From NCBI RefSeq assembly GCF_001194135.2, contig NC_068999.1, forward strand, positions 15,163,277 to 15,196,159: 32,883 bases of DNA, given 5' to 3'. Positions 23,590 through 32,883 of the stretch are shown here, piece by piece. The translations under genes and the position numbers were made by a program. Positions within the stretch are counted from its first letter, which is position 1. Each line of letters starts with the position of its first letter. This DNA is from Octopus bimaculoides (Eukaryota). The notes beneath the pieces were generated by a model. The model made no database searches. It saw nothing but the letters and a program-made list of their open reading frames with translations, and was not told the DNA's origin.

Positions 23590-24098
23590 TACTTCAACAA
23601 TGGGGAAATTTTATTCATCAAATAAGTACCATTACAATTAACACATTTTTGCCAACGAATTAGAAGTTTGTTCATTGAGGTAATATAAAAATGTGGAGTT
23701 CTGGAGCTGATAAACTATTTGAACACACTTTCAGCATCGGTTTCATTTTGGAACAACTCTCGCAGGAAACCATCAAGGTGCTTGAACAATTGGTAGTCGG
23801 TAGGAGAGATATCTGGGGAATAAGGTGGATGGAGAAGTACTTCGTAGCCAGGTTTCCTCAACATCTGGCGCGTTATTAGTGAAACGTGTGGCCGAGGATT
23901 ATCATGAAGAATTATTTTATTGACCAGTCAATGGCAATTTCATGGCAATAAGTTTCTGCTGTAACGGTTTTTTTGTGGGCTTTTAAGAAGTTATAGTGAA
24001 TGAGTCCTATAGTAAACAATCAAACAGTCACCATAAACTTATTTTTGAAAAGCTCGGATTTAATGGGGTCTTCAAGACTTTTTTATATACCCCTCGTA
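23590..24098 (-). mobile_element. Mariner (DD34D) transposase fragment with a TIR-like end
   Basis: Translation FMVTV*LFTIGLIHYNFL...ILHDNPRPHVSLITRQMLRKPGYEVLLHPPYSPDISPTDYQLFKHL...RWQKCVNCNGTY has 34 residues between the HDN aspartate and the PTD aspartate. In-frame stops present. TACGAGGGG at 24098-24090 resembles a mariner terminus. Confidence 0.9.
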
Positions 24099-24745
24099 TA
24101 TATATATGATGTGTATGTGTGTGCCTATATGTATCTTATATGTATGTGTGTCCTGCTATCTGCTCGCACATAAATGTATGGGTTTATATATACAAGTAGA
24201 TGTGTGTCTATGTCTATTTATATACAACTGGGTATAATGAACATTGAAGAAAAAATGCAAGCATACGCACAACCTACTCATACACACTCCAAAACCACAA
24301 CACAGTCACCCACGTGGTTATATTCATTTAGGAGTTACATACAAAAAGGAAAGAAAATCTCTAAATACAATTGCAGGTTGTGCAGTTGTATTATTCAGCA
24401 GGACACAGGCATGCGGTAAATGCGTTCCTTCTTATAATGTATCTTGTTCGTCTGTGAGAATTAATATAACTTTAAAAAGGCTGTGTTTCAAGGAGCAATC
24501 GAGTAAAAGTCATTGAAGTCGGCGCTCGGTAAAAGAAAGTGTTTGAGAGAATACATGTTAACAATTAAGTATATATGTGTGCGTGTCCGCGCGCGTTTGT
24601 GTCTATGTGTGTGCGCGCCTGTATCTGTGTGTGTGTATGTGTTATTTTAAATCAGGCCTAGGACACATAGGCGCACTTATCTGGCTTCCATGGCGTCAAC
24701 TGAATGCGGATCTCTTGTAGGTCCTATATATGAGTGTGTCTTTGT

Positions 24746-24783
<38 letters not shown>

Positions 24784-25049
24784 NNNNNNNNNNNNNNNNN
24801 NNNNNNNNNNNNNNNNNNNNNNNNNNNNNNNNNNNNNNNNNNNNNNNNNNNNNNNNNNNNNNNNNNNNNNNNNNNNNNNNNNNNNNNNNNNNNNNNNNNN
24901 NNNNNNNNNNNNNNNNNNNNNNNNNNNNNNNNNNNNNNNNNNNNNNNNNNNNNNNNNNNNNNNNNNNNNNNNNNNNNNNNNNNNNNNNNNNNNNNNNNNN
25001 NNNNNNNNNNNNNNNNNNNNTATAAATATACGCATTGTATATATATATA

Positions 25050-25111
<62 letters not shown>

Positions 25112-26405
25112 ATATAATTTGACAATATTCCTAAATCATTAAAATAAATTTAAATCTTATTTCCATAAAATAGCCCAATATTTTTTTCTTCTATCGCACT
25201 CGTTTGCATCAATATCGTAAATGAAAACTGGCCGTGGTTTTCTTCAAATATTTTCCGCTGCATAGTTTATACAAACTCTTCCAACATTATGGTTTAATCG
25301 CTAATGTAAAGCTATATTACTGTCAATCTTATTTCTTTAAATGCATCCATTTGGGGAATAAAATCCACAATTCAATAACTGGTTTTCTATTCAGATATAT
25401 CATACAATTTAAATGTTTAAAGATATGATAAGCAAAGAAAGTAAACAGCAATGAAATACATAACATCATGCGAGTTATTTGATCTAACAAGCTGTATTAA
25501 CTAAATCAAATCAAATTACAAATATGAATGGCAATACAAAACAAACAAGGAAAAGCATCGAATGCGAACGTAATATTAGAACGCTATGTAATAGTAAGCA
25601 GTATGTTTTCGAAACCGATTGAGGATTGTAATGAAATGTCTAAAAAGGGGAAATTTCCAGTAACTCAACGTTAAGAATTAAAGTTAATTAATTGATGTAT
25701 CCTGGATGTTTCTATTTCTTAGTTAAAATCATTGCATTACATGAAACCTAATATCTTCAATACACTGATCTCTTAAACCGAGTTTGACATATACACTGTC
25801 ATTTGTGAATTGAAATTTAATTAATATCAACCTACTTTACATGAAGTGGACGTGTATAGACACACACATATACATGTATGCTTCGTGGTTGACATATGCG
25901 GACAGAAACGCACACATACACATCTATAGAAATATATACACTTATATATATATATATNNNNNNNNNNNNNNNNNNNNNNNNNNNNNNNNNNNNNNNNNNN
26001 NNNNNNNNNNNNNNNNNNNNNNNNNNNNNNNNNNNNNNNNNNNNNNNNNNNNNNNNNNNNNNNNNNNNNNNNNNNNNNNNNNNNNNNNNNNNNNNNNNNN
26101 NNNNNNNNNNNNNNNNNNNNNNNNNNNNNNNNNNNNNNNNNNNNNNNNNNNNNNNNNNNNNNNNNNNNNNNNNNNNNNNNNNNNNNNNNNNNNNNNNNNN
26201 NNNNNNNNNNNNNNNNNNNNNNNNNNNNNNNNNNNNNNNNNNNNNNNNNNNNNNNNNNNNNNNNNNNNNNNNNNNNNNNNNNNNNNNNNNNNNNNNNNNN
26301 NNNNNNNNNNNNNNNNNNNNNNNNNNNNNNNNNNNNNNNNNNNNNNNNNNNNNNNNNNNNNNNNNNNNNNNNNNNNNNNNNNNNNNNNNNNNNNNNNNNN
26401 NNNNN

Positions 26406-26442
<37 letters not shown>

Positions 26443-26526
26443 GAGAGAGGCGTATGCCTGTATGTTTGTATATACGCACACAGACATATGGGATTGTGCT
26501 AGCACATCCGGGCATTATTATTATCG

Positions 26527-26527
<1 letters not shown>

Positions 26528-26575
<48 letters not shown>
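26528..26575 (+). repeat. (TAG)n microsatellite
   Basis: Directly visible. Confidence 0.95.
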
Positions 26576-26577
<2 letters not shown>

Positions 26578-26689
26578 TCAGTATCATTATTGTAGAGTGA
26601 CAGAGCAGTGCATGGGGTACAAATAAGCAAAGCTCAACATTCCCGACGTGACTATTTTAACCCAGGCGAAATTACACTCAACAACAACC

Positions 26690-26968
26690 ACTAAACCTGC
26701 AGTAAAAAAAATGTGGGAGACCCAACTGTGGGATTTGTGTCACAGCCTACGTCAGAGGATGGCGGGACACAAATCCCAAATTAGGATCCCAGAAAACAGG
26801 AAAATACCTCTCAGCCAGCACATCGACGAATGTGCTTACAACAAATTTCCCAAATTCACAACGTTTCCTGTATACAGATTCAAAGACAATCCTAGCCAAA
26901 ATGAACGCATTAGCAAAGAGATATTTTTCATAAGAAAATACCAACCTAGTCTAAATTATCTAAACTAG
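26690..26968 (+). mobile_element. Penelope-like element GIY-YIG endonuclease C-terminal remnant
   Basis: A CSKKNVGD-like segment (decayed C..xYVGET), then SLRQRMAGHKSQIRIPENRKIPLSQHIDECAYNKFPKF...RISKEIFFIRKYQPSLN*. This has the L..R...H, H and E....I.....LN pattern of PLE endonucleases. Confidence 0.75.
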
Positions 26969-28290
26969 CAACACTGAGACTTTCATATATATTTTAATAT
27001 TTTATACGTAGATTTGCAAGTTATTCATAAGAAATAAACGAAGGGGATCAAACAACACGATTTCTATTAAAACCATAGGGGGAACAACTTCACCACGACG
27101 ACTACCACCGCCACCAGTGCTACTACTACTATTGTTGTTATCATGACTGATGCTAATTATTCGAGAGCTACAATCACTCCTAGAATTATTGACCACTATT
27201 TAATTTACTAAAACAGATAGCAGTAATCTACTAAAACAACAAGTTGGAATTAGCATGTTTTCAGTACTCAAGAAAAGGACTACGTGCGCATGCAAGAAGT
27301 AACAGTAAACTATGAATGTCATTCTTAATTTTAATTTCAATTTTATTTTATTAATATCCCTTTTCCCTTCTCACATATTTTATATTCATTTTTGATAAGG
27401 TTTTTCAAAAAAACCGAAACATGTAAATTAATTAAAACACCCAAAAAATGTTTTTAAAGAGTGGTATTTTCATTTTTATTCATTTNNNNNNNNNNNNNNN
27501 NNNNNNNNNNNNNNNNNNNNNNNNNNNNNNNNNNNNNNNNNNNNNNNNNNNNNNNNNNNNNNNNNNNNNNNNNNNNNNNNNNNNNNNNNNNNNNNNNNNN
27601 NNNNNNNNNNNNNNNNNNNNNNNNNNNNNNNNNNNNNNNNNNNNNNNNNNNNNNNNNNNNNNNNNNNNNNNNNNNNNNNNNNNNNNNNNNNNNNNNNNNN
27701 NNNNNNNNNNNNNNNNNNNNNNNNNNNNNNNNNNNNNNNNNNNNNNNNNNNNNNNNNNNNNNNNNNNNNNNNNNNNNNNNNNNNNNNNNNNNNNNNNNNN
27801 NNNATATATATATATATATATATACACGCATAAACAAATACATACATGCATACCTATATCTGTTCGATGGGTAATTGTCAGCATTTTATATTTTTATTTC
27901 AGGCCATGCACAATATTTCTTTATTGAAATGTATAACTGTAAGTATATGGACTGTTGGTATACTAAAGAAGCTAACGCACGCAGTGTAAAGCTGCTTGGG
28001 ACAAATTGAGCCTGGGCTTGGGTGGGCATGCGCATTTAGTTTTGACGTTCTAGCCCTCTTTCGCATGACACACTTTAGAACTTTTAGTCGAATGTATATT
28101 CCTTTATCATGGGCTGTTCAGTATATATGTATATTTATTTGCATGTATTTTTTACCTTCTGTGTGTTTTATATATATATTCCTTATATGTTGAAAGCCAT
28201 GGTAATATTTATATCTCATCAAATGTATGGAATCATGGTGTAATATAAAGTCGCTGACTCGAATTTGATGTTTGTTCTCTAATCAATATA

Positions 28291-28712
28291 GGCACAGGAG
28301 TGGCTGGGTAGTAAGCAGCTTGCTTACCAACTACATGGCCACGAGTTCAGTCCCACTGCGTGGCAGCTTGTGCAAGTGTCTTCTTCTATAGCCTCGGGCC
28401 GACTAAAGCTTTGTGAGTGGATTTGGTAGGTGGAAACTGGAAGAAGCCCGTCGTATATATACATATGTATGTGTGTGTGTGTGTGTGTATATGTTTGTGT
28501 ATCTGTGTTTGTCCCCCCAACATCACATGACAACTGATGCTGGTGTGTTTATGTTCCCGTTACTTAGCGGTTCGGCAAAAGAAAGCGATAGCATAAATAC
28601 TAGGCTAACAAAGAATAAGTCCTGGGGATGATCTGTTCGACTAAAGGCGGTGCTCCAGCATGACCGCAGTCAAATGACTGAAACAAGTAAATGAGTAAAT
28701 GAGAAATGAGAG
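28291..28712 (+). mobile_element. Near full-length tRNA-derived CORE-like SINE with internal (TA)/(TG) microsatellite
   Basis: A-box-like TGGCTGGGTAGTAAG, B-box-like GAGTTCAGTCCC, CORE-like CAGCTTGTGCAAGTG, microsatellite at ~28453-28490, conserved tail and AAATGAGT terminal repeats. Resembles the octopus OR-type CORE-SINEs (inference). Confidence 0.85.
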
Positions 28713-31266
28713 TATATATATATATATTTGTGTGTTAGAGTATGAGCGTGTGTGTGCGTGTGTGTATGCGGGCCAGAGGGCGAGTGTGCATGTGAGTATT
28801 TGCGTGTACATATTTCTGTGCGCATTTAGAATACGCTTATATCAATACATACACCTTACTAACTCACAAAATCATTTAAGCTCTCAGAAATATGTTTTCG
28901 AATACACACGCATATGCGTCTTCTGCCGACATATTTCGCGTGTCAGATAATATGAAGTGTGCTCTATAATCGTGCAAATTTATAAAATATATAATTATCG
29001 AAATTACGCGACACTTCAATAAATAAATGAAAATTCGGCAAAGTTTACGTTCCATTTCCAGCCATATGACAACAGGTTATACATGGCAATTAACATTGAA
29101 TATTCCGAGGTAATGCTATTTTATTCATTATTTTTCCTGCAGTATATCTATTTATATAATTTCATATTTCAGGAAGATGGAATTTTTACATTTATTGCTT
29201 CATGGAATAAAATGATGAAACTGTAATTCGAAATATAAGGCAATTACAGTAGAGCTTTAGGGAATAAATTTTGTAACATCTGCCAAACTTATTTCTCTTT
29301 TTTCAGATGTAAGTTTCCAATAATCAGCAGGTAGCACCACATTACACATATTTCACGCACACACGAACACGCATATACATACATACACACACACACACAT
29401 ATATACATACGCTCATACATACATTCATACATACGCACACACATATATATATATATATACATACATANNNNNNNNNNNNNNNNNNNNNNNNNNNNNNNNN
29501 NNNNNNNNNNNNNNNNNNNNNNNNNNNNNNNNNNNNNNNNNNNNNNNNNNNNNNNNNNNNNNNNNNNNNNNNNNNNNNNNNNNNNNNNNNNNNNNNNNNN
29601 NNNNNNNNNNNNNNNNNNNNNNNNNNNNNNNNNNNNNNNNNNNNNNNNNNNNNNNNNNNNNNNNNNNNNNNNNNNNNNNNNNNNNNNNNNNNNNNNNNNN
29701 NNNNNNNNNNNNNNNNNNNNNNNNNNNNNNNNNNNNNNNNNNNNNNNNNNNNNNNNNNNNNNNNNNNNNNNNNNNNNNNNNNNNNNNNNNNNNNNNNNNN
29801 NNNNNNNNNNNNNNNNNNNNNNNNNNNNNNNNNNNNNNNNNNNNNNNNNNNNNNNNNNNNNNNNNNNNNNNNNNNNNNNNNNNNNNNNNNNNNNNNNNNN
29901 NNNNNNNNNNNNNNNNNNNNNNNNNNNNNNNNNNNNNNNNNNNNNNNNNNNNNNNNNNNNNNNNNNNNNNNNNNNNNNNNNNNNNNNNNNNNNNNNNNNN
30001 NNNNNNNNNNNNNNNNNNNNNNNNNNNNNNNNNNNNNNNNNNNNNNNNNNNNNNNNNNNNNNNNNNNNNNNNNNNNNNNNNNNNNNNNNNNNNNNNNNNN
30101 NNNNNNNNNNNNATATATATATATGTATATCATATATAGATGTGTGTGCGTGTTTGGATGGATGTATAGATACGTATATATAAACCTACATACGAGCATG
30201 CACTTTTATAGTATATAATAAATACACACCATATACTCACACATTCCTATGAATGTGTAACTATACATATTTCCGTGTGCATATATACAGAGGACAGGTT
30301 AGAATATGTGCTATCATAAAGTGCAGTGCCCTATCTCACCGGTGACTTATATCTGGCTCATGGCATTCTTAAAGCCATCTTATGAAATATGTGATGACAA
30401 AAAACACGTTGTAGAAACCCATCGGACACATTGTACATGTCAAAGCAATATCCAGCTTTAGCACATATTCCACTACAATGTTTCCAGATGAACATTTGTG
30501 TAAGGTTGCTGACGGTTGCATTATACTTATTGATGGATCACATATTTAAAAAGACCGAAACAACACTTTGAACCACGTTAGACATGGTCGACATATAAGA
30601 TAGACACATATATGTAGATCGATGCACAAACCACCCCATAAAATTACATATACTATAAATTATTTGTACAAATATACATGTGGAAATGTTTCTATGCACG
30701 TTTACATATACTTGTATATTTTATATTATTTATATCTATATCAATCTATCTAACTATATACAAACACACACACACACGCACCCACATATATATACACATA
30801 CCTATGTGCATATATATATATATATGCATGTATGTGCATGTATATATANNNNNNNNNNNNNNNNNNNNNNNNNNNNNNNNNNNNNNNNNNNNNNNNNNNN
30901 NNNNNNNNNNNNNNNNNNNNNNNNNNNNNNNNNNNNNNNNNNNNNNNNNNNNNNNNNNNNNNNNNNNNNNNNNNNNNNNNNNNNNNNNNNNNNNNNNNNN
31001 NNNNNNNNNNNNNNNNNNNNNNNNNNNNNNNNNNNNNNNNNNNNNNNNNNNNNNNNNNNNNNNNNNNNNNNNNNNNNNNNNNNNNNNNNNNNNNNNNNNN
31101 NNNNNNNNNNNNNNNNNNNNNNNNNNNNNNNNNNNNNNNNNNNNNNNNNNNNNNNNNNNNNNNNNNNNNNNNNNNNNNNNNNNNNNNNNNNNNNNNNNNN
31201 NNNNNNNNNNNNNNNNNNNNNNNNNNNNNNNNNNNNNNNNNNNNNNNNNNNNNNNNNNNNNNNNNG

Positions 31267-32883
31267 GTATGTTCATCTGGGACTCTCGATAGGAAGAGGT
31301 CCAGCTTTGATTTAAAAACTCCTACATCTACTTTGTGCAGATTCCTCAGGCTCTTTGGGAGAATATTAAAAAGCTGTGGGCCACTGAATCCCAAGCTGCT
31401 GCAGTAACTGGTCCTGAAGCGCGATGGCATTGCTGGGATCTTTGGCACTATGCAGTGTCGTCCCGTTCTGGCATTGGTGTAGCTTTCAATGCCAAAATTT
31501 GGCACAATTCCTTCCAGGATCTTCCAGATGTATATTACTGCATACCTCTCCCGCCTTCTCTCCAGGGAGTAGAGTCTTAGCTGTTTCAGCCTTTCCCAGT
31601 AGCTGAGCAGTTGCAAAGAGACAATCTATTTTGTGAATCTCCTCTGGAATGCTTCAAGGCCTGCTGTTAATTTCAGACTGGTGGGTGACCACAGCTGTGA
31701 GCAGTAATCCAGGCGGCTGAGGACGAATGTCCTCCGGAGGATCATCACGATTTCCTTATCTCTGGGTCTTAATGTTCTCAGGATCGATCCAGCCAATCGT
31801 CTGCACTTTGTTGCCATTCTGGTAATGTGCACTTGGAAAGAGGTATCATCACTCATGTCGATACCCAGGTCTCTCACTGATTTAGGCTCTGGGATTGAAA
31901 TTCCCTGTGGACCAGTGTATTCTGTAAGTTTGATAGTTAGTTTTGGACGTTGGTAGCGCAGGGCTTGGAATTTTTCAGCATTAAACTGCATATTATTGTC
32001 CTCAGCCCATCTGTAAACTGAGTCCAATTCCTGCTGCAGGTGTGCAACATCACTGGAGTTCTGTATTTTCTGCGAGACTTTTGTATCGTCTGCGTAGCTT
32101 GCAAGAGTGGCTATCCGGGCACTTGAAGGCATATCTCAGAGAGCGACTATAAAAAGCAATGGCCCCGCTCATTATTTGTGTTTCCATAGAGGTGGCTCCA
32201 TTAGCCACTACTGCCTGACTTCTATCTTTCAGAAAGTCATGTAACCACTCTCCAAGTTTTCCAGCTATGCCAAGATCACGCAGTTTGTGGCATATCACAC
32301 CATGATCCACTTTGTCAAAAGCTTTTGCAAAATCAAGGTATATTTCGTCCACATGTGAGTTGTTGAGTAACTGCCTGAACACCCAGTCGTAATGTTGTAA
32401 GAGCTGGGTCAGGCAGCTCCTACCTGGTCGAAGGTCATGATGGGTATCACTCAGCAATTTATTTTCTTCAAAGAATGCGATTAATTTTCCTCTGATTATC
32501 CTTTCCATAACTTTGCTGATGTGTGAAGTTAGAGAGATAGGCCTATAGTTGTTGGCATCTGCTCTGCTTCCCCCTTTATGGATTGGGCATATTATTCCCT
32601 CCTTCAGCTTGCTTGGCAGTCTTCCGTTTGCGAGAAAGCTCTGGAAGAGGATCTGGAGGGGTTTTGCCAGGGCATGCTTACACGATTTAAGGAGGATTGC
32701 TGGGAAACCATCAGGGCCAGCAGTTGAGTTTGTGTCCACTTCATCTATAGCTAGTAGTACATCTTCTTTGCTAATGTTGATGTATTCCATCGTAACTGCC
32801 TCACTGGTTATAGGGTAGGTAGCAAAGAAACCAACTGGTTTGTTCACTTGTCTGTGCTCCAATGGAGTGGTGAAGACACTTTT
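31267..32883 (-). mobile_element. CR1-type non-LTR retrotransposon ORF2 (RT domain and C-terminus), inactivated; continues beyond the window
   Basis: GPDGFP, KGG..DANNYRPISLTSHISKVMER, YLDFAKAFDKVDH, YADDTK, VRDLGI, LSRLDYCSQLWSP, LYSLERRRER. Defects: the VPQG motif is deleted with a frameshift near 32160, TGA near 32135, and an in-frame TAG at 31628-31626. Confidence 0.95.

Larger units (their letters stand above)
923..31266. other. Assembly gaps: 923-1306, 3573-3633, 8186-8460, 11692-12350, 13400-13937, 14500-15278, 15692-15701, 16173-16803, 21322-21903, 23322-23524, 24784-25020, 25958-26405, 27486-27803, 29468-30112, 30849-31266
   Basis: N-runs, most with (AT)n/(CA)n on at least one side. 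Confidence 0.98.

Noticed and set aside
28291-28370. tRNA-like A/B boxes here and at about 1660-1747 and 3770-3840
   Set aside because: No cloverleaf; they are SINE heads joined to core and tail sequence.
799-31407. Many long ORFs in the track containing X-runs or YI/CV/HT repeats
   Set aside because: They read through N-gaps and dinucleotide microsatellites and give no evidence of coding.
31335-32818. Plus-strand ORFs 31335-31580, 31424-31606 and 32549-32818
   Set aside because: Antisense shadows of the CR1-type RT.
1-32883. CRISPR array, rRNA or prokaryotic operon
   Set aside because: No regularly spaced repeat-spacer array or rRNA motifs; the sequence is eukaryotic repeat-rich DNA.

Overview
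AT-rich, repeat-dense eukaryotic DNA from a draft assembly, with 15 N-gaps totalling about 6.2 kb, most of them flanked by (AT)n/(CA)n microsatellites. The SINE and mariner families resemble those of Octopus/cephalopods (inference from recognition, not a search). I found no intact host gene, tRNA, rRNA or CRISPR array. Most long ORFs in the track are artefacts of N-runs, microsatellites or antisense reading of transposon sequence. All recognisable coding sequence is transposon-derived: a CR1-type LINE RT (31267-32883, minus), two RTE-type LINE fragments, a DD34D mariner fragment, two Tc1/mariner C-terminal or MITE fragments, a Penelope-like GIY-YIG fragment and a very decayed Gypsy gag-protease. 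Several tRNA-derived SINEs are also present. The most interesting signals are two hammerhead-ribozyme-like motifs. At 156-232 (minus), inside a partially tandem ~768-bp unit, all core nucleotides are present (CUGAUGA, GAAA, GUC) but in a non-circularly permuted, pseudoknotted strand order. At 5392-5467 (plus) is a minimal type I motif with a palindromic stem III and a damaged stem I. Both come from manual pairing and are untested.
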